Of a DNA stretch of 64,000 bases, positions 45,383 through 56,300 are shown piece after piece. The notes under the pieces are model-generated. The model had not been told where the DNA came from, made no database searches, and was given only the letters and a program-made list of their open reading frames with translations. Position 1 is the stretch's first letter. Every line of letters begins with the position of its first letter. The translations under genes and the position numbers were made by a program. Source of the DNA: Bacteroidota bacterium (GTDB lineage Bacteria; Bacteroidota; Ignavibacteria; UBA10030; SZUA-254). The stretch covers positions 101,352 to 165,351 of the forward strand of contig JAGVIE010000048.1 of NCBI GenBank assembly GCA_020056225.1. Direction: 5' to 3'.

Positions 45383-46330
45383 TCAACTGAACAATATAAA
45401 ATCTAAATAAAGATACACAAGCGGCGATACAAAAAGCAAACTATCGAAACGGTCGAGCACACCGCCGTGCCCGGGGATCAAGTTGGATGAATCCTTAACT
45501 CCGGCATCTCTTTTGAAAAGGGACTCAACCAGATCGCCGATCTGACCGAATACCCCGACAATCAAACCAATGATAAGCGCGCTCCCCACTGATAAATAAT
45601 CAAGAACAATATATTTTGCCGCAAGAGCTGTGACAATCGAAAAAATAAAACCGAACATAGCACCTTCCCATGTTTTGTTCGGGCTTACTCGCGGAAACAA
45701 TTTGTGCCTGCCGACCGCTTTTCCACCATAGTATGCGGCACTATCGCAAATCCAGATCATCACTAATACCGAAAGCACTGTATATCCTCCCCATCTGTAA
45801 ACCTGAGCAGTGATAATGGGATCGGTATAACTTGCAGGCGAAGGAAAATACCGGCTTATCGGAAAATCGAACGGCACAAATAATTCGCGTAAACCTATAA
45901 ATGTTCCGAAGAAAAGAGAAACGTAGAGTATTCCAAAGATTGTCGATGAAAGATTCATGAGTACAGAACCATTGTTCCTGAACAACTCAACCATTGTGAA
46001 AACTGCAATCGTCACAAGCAGTATCATAAACAGAAGTTGAGTTTGTGAGGGGAATGGAATAAGAATTCCCTGCGACTCAAACCAGCTTACAATACACGTC
46101 TTTAGCTTAGGGTGGTAGAATGACGCATTGACAATCAATCCTGTGACCAAACCGAGAATTCTCAGCGGCTTCGCGCCTTTAGCTTCGGTTAACTTGTAAA
46201 ACTCGTGCAGAGCAATTGCCGACAGGATCACAACGAAAGCAAAGAAATATATACCACCCGTTAGGCAAAGGATTATAACGAGGGGAATTCCGACGATAGC
46301 AATAAGAATACGTTGTATGTGGTTGCTCAA
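45383..46330 (-). CDS. cdsA: Phosphatidate cytidylyltransferase
   Basis: SDSAAYYGGKAVGRHKLFPRVSPNKTWEG and GHGGVLDRFDS signatures. Confidence 0.9.
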   Translation of the reverse strand: MSNHIQRILIAIVGIPLVIILCLTGGIYFFAFVVILSAIALHEFYKLTEAKGAKPLRILGLVTGLIVNASFYHPKLKTCIVSWFESQGILIPFPSQTQLLFMILLVTIAVFTMVELFRNNGSVLMNLSSTIFGILYVSLFFGTFIGLRELFVPFDFPISRYFPSPASYTDPIITAQVYRWGGYTVLSVLVMIWICDSAAYYGGKAVGRHKLFPRVSPNKTWEGAMFGFIFSIVTALAAKYIVLDYLSVGSALIIGLIVGVFGQIGDLVESLFKRDAGVKDSSNLIPGHGGVLDRFDSLLFVSPLVYLYLDFILFS

Positions 46331-46357
46331 TGAAATATCCTTATAATGTTAATGCAA

Positions 46358-47311
46358 TCAAAGCAAACCATTCGAATCGACTTGCCTGGCAGGCTTAGTG
46401 ATTTTCAAGAAGTAATATGTTGATAAAATAAATATTACACCGAAGAACCAAAATGTGGCGATCAAACTACCAACCGACATATCATCGGCATTTCCAACAA
46501 CGACGTAATCGTCTTTCAACTGCAAGTACAATGCAAAACATGCCAGAAAGTTATTGAAAAAATGCGTTATGACCGATACCCATATGCTTCCCGAGCGCAT
46601 CGCGAGGAAACCAAGATAAATACCGATGATGACCAGGGGAATAAATGAAAATGGATTCATATGATAGGCACCGAAAATTATTCCGGTGATAATTACACCG
46701 CGCACCGGGGTTGTGCCTTTTTCGAAACTCCGCTGGATTAATCCCCGAAACATAAACTCTTCTGCCACCGCCGGAATAAGAGCGATTATTAACACAACCC
46801 ACAAAAATTCCGGTACAGAATTCGTGACCACTAACTGTTTATAAAGTTCATCTAACATAGTTTTGAATTTATCGAGCATCGATTGTATGTTTTCAGGCAG
46901 CGGGATTCTTTCCTGAAAGATCAAGTAAATTTGAAGTACCTGCTGTAGTGAAAAGATACCGATCAGGGGCACGATTACAGTTTGAAGTGCGGGCAATTTC
47001 ACTCTGAAATATTCACTGGGTGTGAACGACACAAAACGAACGAACACCATCGTCGGAATAAGGATAAAGATTATCTGGCCCAAACCTGTTGCCAATCTGA
47101 ATCCGAAAATATTATCCGGCGTGGGTTTCATCCCGAAAACCAATAATGTGATAATTCCACCGACAATTTGATATAGGATAAAAATAAAGATTAGCGACAG
47201 TAAAGCGAATAGAACATATGATATACCCAACCGCTCGACTATTGTTTGTCGTTGCGGAAAGATTCTATTCTGATCTTCAGATAACTGCGGCTGGGAAACT
47301 TGTTCCTCCAT
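46358..47311 (-). CDS. CPBP-family intramembrane glutamic endopeptidase (CAAX protease/Abi)
   Basis: EEFMFRG, FGAYH and HFFNN motifs. The ATG at 47311 overlaps the upstream stop (TAATG). Confidence 0.8.
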   Translation of the reverse strand: MEEQVSQPQLSEDQNRIFPQRQTIVERLGISYVLFALLSLIFIFILYQIVGGIITLLVFGMKPTPDNIFGFRLATGLGQIIFILIPTMVFVRFVSFTPSEYFRVKLPALQTVIVPLIGIFSLQQVLQIYLIFQERIPLPENIQSMLDKFKTMLDELYKQLVVTNSVPEFLWVVLIIALIPAVAEEFMFRGLIQRSFEKGTTPVRGVIITGIIFGAYHMNPFSFIPLVIIGIYLGFLAMRSGSIWVSVITHFFNNFLACFALYLQLKDDYVVVGNADDMSVGSLIATFWFFGVIFILSTYYFLKITKPARQVDSNGLL

Positions 47312-48265
47312 TATCTTGTCCGCATCTGATTTTTTATCATCGCACAAAAAAGCGGAATCATTATCTCATGATGACCGGTGAACATATAACCTCTTCCTCC
47401 ATCTTTCGTCGGACGCTGAACGACATTCATCCTCGGACGGTAGTGTTGAATCATGTCGAAATTAGCCGTAGTGAAACCTTTTGCTTTCGCTCCGAGGTTA
47501 CGGGCAACCGTCAAAGCTTTTAAAAATACCTCCGGCAATAATACTGCAGAACCAAAATTCACTACGACTCCGCCCCCTTTTAAACCTTTTACAATGTTAC
47601 AGAGTATTTTGAAATCCCGAAACGACATCTCTCCTGTTGCGGCTCCATCCATCGTTGGCTGCTGATGAATAATATCAGTCCCGATAGCCGCGTGTACGGT
47701 AGCCGGGATATCCATTAAATAACAAGCAGTGAGTAAACTCAATTTCTTATGAGGTGTTTTGACTAATGATTTCCCGAGTGCTTCACCATAACCGATTTTT
47801 TTCCCGACTCATCGCGTACTTAAGTGTATTGTTTATGAATTCACCGGTCTCGGCAGACATCCCGAAACTTCCATCCATTAAATTAGCCGATACATCCTCT
47901 GATGTTTTTCCGCACAATGCTATCTCTACATCGTGGATTGCAGCGGCACTGTTCATAGCCAAACAAGTGATAATCTTTCTTTTAAGTAAATCGATTAGAA
48001 GCGGTGAGACGCCAACCTTGATTACATGAGCGCCAATCATAAAAATAACGGACTTGCCTTGTTTGTGAGCTTTTACGATGTCATCAACTAACCGCCGGAG
48101 ATCATCGGCAACAAGAATATGCGGTAGTGAATTAACAAAACCACCGAACGATTGCCCGGCAGGATTGTACACTTTCGCCATTTGGCTCGATCTTACTTTG
48201 CTCTTTCTTTTTGATAGCGAAACTGTTTTAATTTTCCCTAAATCCACTTGCTTGAAGTTTGGCAT
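47311..48265 (-). pseudogene. Deoxyhypusine-synthase-like gene interrupted by a 1-nt frameshift in an A7 (plus-strand T7) run
   Basis: ORFs 47783..48337 and 47311..47742 are N- and C-terminal parts of one DHS-like protein (GAHVIKVG ... HAAIGTDIIHQ). Removing one T from 47796-47802 gives continuous ...AMSREKIGYGEALGKSLVKTPHKKLSLLTACYLMD... Confidence 0.7.
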
Positions 48266-48278
48266 CGTTGCATCCTTT

Positions 48279-49118
48279 TTATGGAATTTTTGCATTAACA
48301 GGTCCCGCAAGACCGCGATATTCAACCAATTCAGCATCTACACTGCCGATTGCGATTTTCGCCGTTACCATCACCGGCATTCGCCGTTCATCATCTGTCA
48401 TCCATACATAAATCCGCCCCTCGTTTTTAAACAATCCCCCCTCTTTCGCCAGCGGCTCAACGATAATGCAGTTAAATTTTCCGGCATCCACATCACCCTT
48501 TTGAATTCCTTTGAATTTAACATCCAGTTCGTATGTTGAATCCTTATAGAAATTTTGGAGATGTATTTTTTGCCCGGGCTTGAAACCTGTGAAATCGACT
48601 GTTCTGGTAAAATAGAATGCCGACATCATATCCTGGACATAAGACGGGATAGCATATTTTTTATCTCCTGCCGTAGCTATGTGATTTACCTGATCGAACT
48701 CGGCAATAAAATCGCGCGTATAACCGCCTTCACGTATATGCTGCTCAAATCGCCATGGGAACATTCCTTCAGCATCGATGAATGTGTAATATCTGTCCCG
48801 CACTTTATAAAAGACATCGAAGAACGGTTTAGAATTCAGTGTGAATTCAACTAAGAAGCATTTCCGGTCATTATATAAAGTGTCGGATATTTTCAGAACA
48901 GCTTCGCCTGCTGTTACAAATCCGTAATTGACATCAAATTTTAAATATTCACCTGCTGAAAACGCATTGTTAGTAATCTTCCGGAGTGTATCTATTCTGC
49001 TCGTGTCCAATGTAGATCTCAAAACATTCACAGAACGATTCTGCCTGGAGAATGAATTCACAACCAGAACTGATATAAGAACAATGTTTAATAAGATAAT
49101 AACTTTAAGAATTTTCAT
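48279..49118 (-). CDS. DUF3108 domain-containing protein
   Basis: Signal/anchor sequence. GEYLKFDVNYGFVTAGEAVLKI... is the typical DUF3108 opening. Confidence 0.6.
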   Translation of the reverse strand: MKILKVIILLNIVLISVLVVNSFSRQNRSVNVLRSTLDTSRIDTLRKITNNAFSAGEYLKFDVNYGFVTAGEAVLKISDTLYNDRKCFLVEFTLNSKPFFDVFYKVRDRYYTFIDAEGMFPWRFEQHIREGGYTRDFIAEFDQVNHIATAGDKKYAIPSYVQDMMSAFYFTRTVDFTGFKPGQKIHLQNFYKDSTYELDVKFKGIQKGDVDAGKFNCIIVEPLAKEGGLFKNEGRIYVWMTDDERRMPVMVTAKIAIGSVDAELVEYRGLAGPVNAKIP

Positions 49119-49136
49119 AATAACGACATTATCAAT

Positions 49137-50183
49137 TTAAATAGATCGCCGGATGATTGTCCCTGCTGATTCATATACATCATCAATAGATATCGAATCC
49201 ATACATTCACAAGTATCTGTCTTTCTTCGAACGCACTTCTTACAATCAATCGGCTTATCCTTTGGAGTAAATATAATTTTCTTATCGGTATACGGTCCCC
49301 ACCTTGTCGAGTTCAACACAGTTACTTGCGGATAAAAACCTATAACGGGTGTTCCGACCGCAGCGGCAATATGAATCGGGCCCGTGGAATTTGCAATGAA
49401 TAGTATCGCACATTTCGCAAGCGCGCTATACTCTCTTAATGTCAATTGATTCACCAGTGAAATAGACGCCTCGCCTATGAGAGAGCAAACACGATTAACC
49501 AGCGCCATTTCCGATTTACCCCCGGTAACAATCACCTTTACATCAGGTAACAAGCTGATACGTTTTCCAAGCAATCCGAAATTCTTCGCGCTCCAATCTC
49601 TGGCTGATTTACCGCTTCCCGGATGGATTATAACCAGTCTATCATTACCGGTAACACCCATATTCTCAAGAAGGGAAGCGACTTTACTAGCGGCGGCAGG
49701 GTGAATATCTATTGAGGGCGTTACATCGATACCATCGGAAGAGCAACCTATTGCCTCGAGAAGATGCAAATTGTACTCAAGCTCGTGGTGCAGCGCGTGC
49801 TTACGATGCTCATATACTTTTTTGTTAAATAAGAACGAATACCATCTATAGCCCGTACCAACACGAACCGGTATCCCGGCAAGCCAGACAATAAGCGCAA
49901 GACGGAAACGAGGGTGAGTGTGTAATACAATATCAAGTTTTTGGCGACGTAGAATTAAGACTAACTTGAAGAAAGGAATTAAACGATCGTTTTCATCATA
50001 ATATAAAATTTCATTTACATCGCGATGGTCTTTGACAAGCTCGGATGTATAACGTCGAATGAGCATGAAAACGTACGCCGATGGGTATTTTTTTTTCAAC
50101 ACTTTAGCCATAGGCAGAGTTAGAATGATATCCCCAATTCTATCTGTACGGATAATTAAGATTCGGCGATAATTTGATTCCAA
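49137..50183 (-). CDS. Glycosyltransferase family 9 (LPS heptosyltransferase-like)
   Basis: ILIIRTDRIGDIILTLPM N-terminus and NSTGPIHIAAAVGTPVIGFY C-terminal motif. Confidence 0.8.
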   Translation of the reverse strand: MESNYRRILIIRTDRIGDIILTLPMAKVLKKKYPSAYVFMLIRRYTSELVKDHRDVNEILYYDENDRLIPFFKLVLILRRQKLDIVLHTHPRFRLALIVWLAGIPVRVGTGYRWYSFLFNKKVYEHRKHALHHELEYNLHLLEAIGCSSDGIDVTPSIDIHPAAASKVASLLENMGVTGNDRLVIIHPGSGKSARDWSAKNFGLLGKRISLLPDVKVIVTGGKSEMALVNRVCSLIGEASISLVNQLTLREYSALAKCAILFIANSTGPIHIAAAVGTPVIGFYPQVTVLNSTRWGPYTDKKIIFTPKDKPIDCKKCVRRKTDTCECMDSISIDDVYESAGTIIRRSI

Positions 50184-50280
50184 ACGTTCAGCAACTCCTT
50201 ATAATTAAGTTCAATATACGCTGAATGCCTGTGAATTGCAACGAAACGCCTTTGGGAAAATGCTGCTGAATTATGCAAAT

Positions 50281-50781
50281 CTATACGAGGTAGGCTCGCG
50301 GAATCTGCAATCCGGGACATTCGTTCTCCCACAAAACTGATATCATCCACCACCTATGGTTCTCACGAATCAATTGAATACTGTAAAGCCCCCGATAAAG
50401 AGGCGTTGTATCCCTGGTCGTATGTTTTGCCTCGAACGTACTGGCAACCTGCGCCATATTACCGAACGATTGCATACGACGCGCAATCTCAGATTGAAGC
50501 AACCCCTTTCGTTCCATTCCGGTGATTACAATATTTTCTGTTGAGCTTTTTATAAATGTATCCAGATCCATCACAAGAATTTTTTTTTCTTTCTCGTTCT
50601 TAGGAGGTGTAATAAGTCCTTGTTTATGAAAAAGAGAACGTAGGCGTCTATAATCCGGCTGCCCGCCTATCGCAAATGAAATAGATTCGTAGAATGCCTT
50701 CACAATTTCATCCAGAGTCGAAACATCGGCTTGATTTTTCCCGGTCGAAGGTGATTCGGCTTCAGCTTTCTCTTTTGTCAT
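50281..50781 (-). CDS. Hypothetical protein, possibly NTF2-like fold
   Basis: 166 aa. The pattern ...IVKAFYESISF...HRWWMISVLWENE resembles SnoaL/DUF4440-type proteins. Weak. Confidence 0.3.
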   Translation of the reverse strand: MTKEKAEAESPSTGKNQADVSTLDEIVKAFYESISFAIGGQPDYRRLRSLFHKQGLITPPKNEKEKKILVMDLDTFIKSSTENIVITGMERKGLLQSEIARRMQSFGNMAQVASTFEAKHTTRDTTPLYRGLYSIQLIRENHRWWMISVLWENECPGLQIPRAYLV

Positions 50782-50903
50782 ATCTCAATTCCTTTGATTC
50801 TTAATACATAAACTATTATTTGACCCTTAAATATACGTCACCCGGAATTGACATGCAATATTGAAAAGATACCATCAATGGAATGAAGATGAAATTATAC
50901 AAA

Positions 50904-50930
50904 CAAAAAAGGCGACCGTACCGGGTCACC
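50904..50930 (-). terminator. Terminator-like hairpin (minus strand: GGTGACC-cggtac-GGTCGCC + TTTTTT)
   Basis: 7-bp stem with one G-U pair followed by T6 on the minus strand. It lies 250 nt downstream of the dnaG terminator with no ORF between. Confidence 0.5.
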
Positions 50931-51150
50931 TTTGGTGGATTAGGGAGAATGAACTTACATGATGAATGTATATATTCCTAGCATCCTTATCAATATCCGT
51001 TTACTCCCTTTTCCCGATTTTTTCAAAAATCTATTTCGCTTATTCTGCAAATATCCATTGATTAATCTCACGACCTTATTGCCATAAAATGGGATGTTTG
51101 CTATTTTATACCCGGGATACTTCAGTTACAAGGAGATACATATCATACCC

Positions 51151-51180
51151 AAAAGGTGGCTTACCTCCGGTCACCTTTTT
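51151..51180. terminator. Bidirectional terminator directly after the dnaG stop
   Basis: AAAAGGTG ... CACCTTTT with an inner GC/GG extension. A/T runs on both sides. Confidence 0.7.
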
Positions 51181-51186
51181 TATTTC

Positions 51187-53055
51187 CTATTCAGGATCGT
51201 AACTCTTAAGTTCCAATTCCTTTATTTCTGCAAGTAATTGTTGATGGCGTTCCAGGATAGGTAAAACATTCTCACCACGTTGACTTGCACTTTTAAGTAA
51301 CCGCTGGTTTTCCTCTATCGTTCTTTCCAGAGCACGTTTTCTTATGATTGTGATAGCATCCTTAGCGATTTTTCTGGGATCTGCCTGCTCGACCTGAATT
51401 CTGGACTCATCCCACCCTTTACTTAAGTGATATTTACTAAATACTAGATTAGCTATAAATCTACTTTGCGTTTGCTCTTCAACTTCGTTTAGAAGAACAG
51501 CAGGATCGATCGGCTGTTTATTATCAAGGTGACGCAAAAGTGTCTCGACCAGCTTTCTTGATTGAGGATGCGCAAAATCAGTAACCCGAAGATGCTTTGA
51601 AATTAAAGTAACAACTTCCTCTCCACCATCGAGCATGGCATGTATCAAATCGCGCTCTACCACCGGCATATCGATACCATCCGGTTTGAACCCATTTGTG
51701 GTTTCAGCTTCAAAACCCGACACTGCTTGATTGGATTGCTCCCGTACTGAACGACGACCGGTACCGATTATTTTTTCAAGCTCTCGCATTAATGTCGATT
51801 CATATAGCCTATATTTTTCGGCAACTTGCCTTATATAAAAATTCCGTTTCAATTCATCCTTCATCTTAGCGATCGATTGAACGATAGCGCGGACTGTTTT
51901 CGCCTGACCTTCAGGTGTCTCGAGTTTCCCCTGCTTCTCGAAAGATTGAGCGATAAAATCAATAAATGATACCGCCCCATCTATCAGCTTCCGGAATGCC
52001 TCAACGCCGTTTTTTCGTATGAATGAATCCGGATCATCTCCTTCGGGAAGCGGCGCTACACGCACGTCAAGATCATTCTCCAAAACGAGATCAACACCCC
52101 GCAACGCAGCTTTCGAACCAGCTGAATCGGCATCGTACATAATCGTGATGTTCTTTGTGTATCGGCTTATGAGCTGTATTTGTTCTTGCGTTAATGCCGT
52201 GCCGCTGGAAGCTACAACATTCTTTACCCCCAATTGGAATGTAGTAATGAGGTCAGCATATCCTTCTACAAGAATTACGAAATCTTTTTCACGGATTGCA
52301 TCCTTTGCCTGATAGATTCCATAAAGAATCTTACTCTTATTATAAATTAGCGTTTCAGGCGAATTGAGATATTTCCCAAGAGGATCATCTTCACGCAGTT
52401 TTCGTGCGCCAAATCCAACTACTCTACCTGTGGCTGAAAAAATGGGGAACATCCCGCGGCCCCGGAAATAATCATGATAAGAACCGTCGTCACGTTTGCG
52501 AACAAGCCCGGCTTTTTCTGCTAATTCAATCGGGATATTCTTCTCTCTGCTAAAACCGATAAACGATTCCCATGCGTTCATCGAATAACCAAGTCCGAAG
52601 GTACGAATTGTCTCATCGGTAAATCCCCGTTTCCGGAAATAGTCCCATGCATATTTACCTTCAGCGGCTTCAGTCAAATTCTTATAAAAAAACAATCCTG
52701 CCTCGCGGCACACCTGATACAATTGCTCTTGCTCGCTCGCACGGTCTCCATCCTCAGCAGTATCCTGTGGCAAAACAATCCCTGCTTTTTCAGCGAGCGA
52801 CCGGACTGCTTCTAAAAACGACACCTTCTCAAAATCCATCACGAATGTTATAGCATTCCCGCCTACACCGCACCCAAAGCAATGGTACATCTGGCGTTCA
52901 GGTGAAACATTGAAGGATGGAGTTTTTTCAACATGGAATGGACATAGCCCGATATAGCTTTTACCTCGTTTCTTTAAGGGTAAAAAAGCGCCGATGAGAT
53001 CGACTATATCAATCGCATTGCGAACCTCATCTAATTTTTCCGGTGAAATTCTCAC
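51187..53055 (-). CDS. dnaG: DNA primase
   Basis: Zinc finger CPFHVEKTPSFNVSPERQMYHCFGCG. TOPRIM ILVEGYADLI / MYDADSAG. Probable GTG start at 53055 (VRISPEKLDEV...). The 25 upstream codons to 53130 are Ile/Phe-rich and atypical. Confidence 0.9.
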   Translation of the reverse strand: MRISPEKLDEVRNAIDIVDLIGAFLPLKKRGKSYIGLCPFHVEKTPSFNVSPERQMYHCFGCGVGGNAITFVMDFEKVSFLEAVRSLAEKAGIVLPQDTAEDGDRASEQEQLYQVCREAGLFFYKNLTEAAEGKYAWDYFRKRGFTDETIRTFGLGYSMNAWESFIGFSREKNIPIELAEKAGLVRKRDDGSYHDYFRGRGMFPIFSATGRVVGFGARKLREDDPLGKYLNSPETLIYNKSKILYGIYQAKDAIREKDFVILVEGYADLITTFQLGVKNVVASSGTALTQEQIQLISRYTKNITIMYDADSAGSKAALRGVDLVLENDLDVRVAPLPEGDDPDSFIRKNGVEAFRKLIDGAVSFIDFIAQSFEKQGKLETPEGQAKTVRAIVQSIAKMKDELKRNFYIRQVAEKYRLYESTLMRELEKIIGTGRRSVREQSNQAVSGFEAETTNGFKPDGIDMPVVERDLIHAMLDGGEEVVTLISKHLRVTDFAHPQSRKLVETLLRHLDNKQPIDPAVLLNEVEEQTQSRFIANLVFSKYHLSKGWDESRIQVEQADPRKIAKDAITIIRKRALERTIEENQRLLKSASQRGENVLPILERHQQLLAEIKELELKSYDPE

Positions 53056-53165
53056 ACAAATAATGATGGAATAAAAAATATGGATAATGATAATCTCTCT
53101 GAATTTACTCAAAATGAGCACAGGAAGCAAAATTAACTTTTTATCCTACCCAAACCTAATAACAG

Positions 53166-53194
53166 TTGACATTCCACCATCCATAACTTACATT
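53166..53194 (+). promoter_or_regulatory. Candidate promoter TTGACA-17-TACATT upstream of the sensor kinase gene
   Basis: TTGACA 53166-71, TACATT 53189-94. Confidence 0.5.
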
Positions 53195-53311
53195 ATTATA
53201 GAATTTGATCCTCTCTTTCGATATACGGGATAGTGTTGGAATAAAACCCGCGAAATTTACCCGGTCGGAAGATATGAATAATATTTTTTCCTTAGGGAAG
53301 ATTTAAAAAGG

Positions 53312-56300
53312 ATGAAAACATTGAAACAAATTAGCAGAGTAAAGCACATCAAAAAAAATATTGACGCGCATGAACAGGTCGAGAAGGCGTTGCGGCAAAG
53401 TGAGAAACGTTATAAACAACTCCTCAATTCAATAACCGACTACATTTATACTGTCGAGATTAAAGATGACTGTCCGACGAAAACGGTTCATGGTAAAGGA
53501 TCCGAGAAAGTAACGGGTTACACACCTGCTGAATACGCCGCCGATCCAAAATTGTGGCTTAGTATGGTTCATCCCGACGATATAAGTTACGTCGAACACT
53601 ATGCCGATCTTTTACACGGGGGGAAAGAGGTGCCGCCTCTGGAACACCGCATCATTCATAAGACAGGAAAGATTTGTTGGATTCAAAACACATATGTGCT
53701 GAAGCATAATACTGCCGGAAATGTAATCGGATACGATGGTTTAATCTCGGACATCACAGAACAAAAAAACGCCGAGTTAGAACTGATCAAAGCTAATAGG
53801 ATTTATGCAATTATCAGCCAAATCGATCAAATGGTTGTCCGGACGAAGAATAGGGAGAAATTATTTTCCGAGGCATGCCGTATTACGATTAAGTATGGAA
53901 AATTCCGCATGGTCTGGATTGGTTTGGTTGACGAGAAAGAGCAATTGGTAAAGCCAATAGCCTTTGACGGCTTCGAGGATGGATTCCTCGCTGCGACGGA
54001 AAAGATTTCATTGCGCAACACTCCTGAGGGACATAGACCAACGAGCAAAGCAATTCACAAAGGAAGGTATCACTGCTGTAATGATATCGCAAACGATTCA
54101 TTTATGGTTTTATGGCGGGATGAAGCGCTTAAGCGCGGTTACCGGTCTTCAATTTCATTGCCGATATTTGTTCATGGCAAAGCGATTGGGGCATTCAATA
54201 TATTTGCCTCGGAGCCATTCTTCTTTAACAAATCAGAAATCCAACTTCTCAGAGAGGTCACCGGCGATATCGCTTATGCAGTCGAAACTATCGACACCGC
54301 TGAGAAACGTAAGCAAGTTGAAGAAGCGCTACAAAGATCGGAGAAAAAATACAGATTACTTCACGAAAGCATAACTGATGCCGTTGTATCAGTCGATATA
54401 ACCGGAAGAATTACTGAATGCAACAAGGCATATACTAAAATGCTCGGCTATAATAATGAAGAACTTTCTAAACTCTCGTATCTGGATATTACTCCACATA
54501 AATGGCATTCTTTTGAATCGAAAATTGTCGAGGAACAAATTTTGAAAAAAGGTTATTCTGAAATCTATGAGAAGGAATACATTAAGAAAAACGGGACAGT
54601 TTTCCCTGTTGAGTTGCGTACCTTTTTAATTACAGACGATCACGGAGTAGCCACAAATATGTGGGCGATAGTCCGAGACATAACCGAGCGTAAATCGGCT
54701 GAGAAGGCATTATCGGAAAGCGAAGAAAAATATCGCACATTGGTAGAAACAACCGGAACAGGATTCGTTATAGTTGATGACGAGGGTAAAGTTGAAGATG
54801 CTAATCAAGAGTATGTGAGACTGACAGGTTATAAAACACTTGAGGAAATTATCGGAAGAAAGGTGACTGAATGGACTGCCGAATATGACATAATTCGAAA
54901 TTCAGAAGAAGTTAAAAAATGCTTCGAAAAAGGTTTTGTGAGAAACCTCCAGATTGATTATAAAGACACAAAAGGAAATATAACTCCGATTGAAATAAAT
55001 GCTAATGTTATACAAACATCAACAGGAATACAAATCCATACGTTATGTCGTGATATCACTGAACGTAGAAAAGCTGAGGCAATACTGAATCAGAGTGAAG
55101 AGCGTTTCAGATCGTTAGTGCACAATTCATCCGATGTCATCACGATCCACGACAAGAACGGATCATTGACGTATGCTACACCATCCATAGAGAGAATATT
55201 GGGATACAAATCGGAGGATATTTTCGGAAGAAACCCGCTTGAATTAGTGCACCCGGATGACTATGAACATGTTGCTGTAGCGCTTCAGGAAGCGTATGAC
55301 AATTACAATACAGAATTACCTACTGAATACAGAATTAAACGCGCAGATGGCTCTTGGATTTATTTTGAATCGGTCGCCCTTAATTTACTGAGCAACCCGA
55401 TAATCAATGGCATTATTATTACATCACGCGATATTACTGAGCGTAAACGAACCGAGAATGCTTTGCGGGAAAGCGAAAATCGACTCATAGCCCTCCTGAA
55501 TGCTTCTACACAACCGATCATGCTGCTCGATGTAAACGGAACCGTTCTCGCAACTAACACTGCAATGGTTCAAAGATTAGGATTAACTATCGATGAATTC
55601 ATCGGAAATAATGCTTATCAATTTATACCACAAGACTTAGCTCTGAGACGAAAAGAAAAAATTGGAGAAGTTATACGTACCGGCAAAGCGATTCGATTTG
55701 AAGATCGAAGGGGGGATACTTTTTTTGATAACAGCATTTTCCCTGTGTTAGACAATTTTGGAAAAGTATCCGCAGTCGCAATATTCTCGAATGACATTAC
55801 CGAATATAAAAAAGCAGAAAGGCTAATAAGGGACAGTGAATCTCAATTACGGCAGGTAATCGATTTAGTTCCGCACTTTATTTTTGCCAAAAACCGAAAG
55901 GCCCAATTCGTTCTTGCGAATAAAGCAGTCGCGGACGCGTACGGAACTACAGTGGAACAATTACTTGGTAAAACGGATGCTGATTTTAATCCTAATGCCG
56001 TTGAAGTACAACATTTTTTACAAGACGATGTGGAAGTAATGGATCGTGGTTGTATGAAGGACATCCCCGAGGAGAAAATGACAAATTCAGCCGGTCAGGT
56101 TCATTATTTACATACGATTAAAATCCCATTCAGACCGATATCAACAACCGAAGATGCAATATTAGGAGTTTCTACAAATATTACAGAACAGAAAAAGATT
56201 GAAAACCAGCTTCACGCTTCTTATCAACAGATGCGTCAATTGACGGCTCGAGTCCAGGAAGTCCGTGAAGAAGAGAGTACGCGTATCGCCCGCGAAATCC

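Noticed and set aside
50156-50353. 65-aa minus-strand ORF bridging the GT9 gene and the upstream gene
   Set aside because: It overlaps the 5' end of the GT9 gene and the 3' end of the 50281-50781 gene in different frames. It has no independent support.
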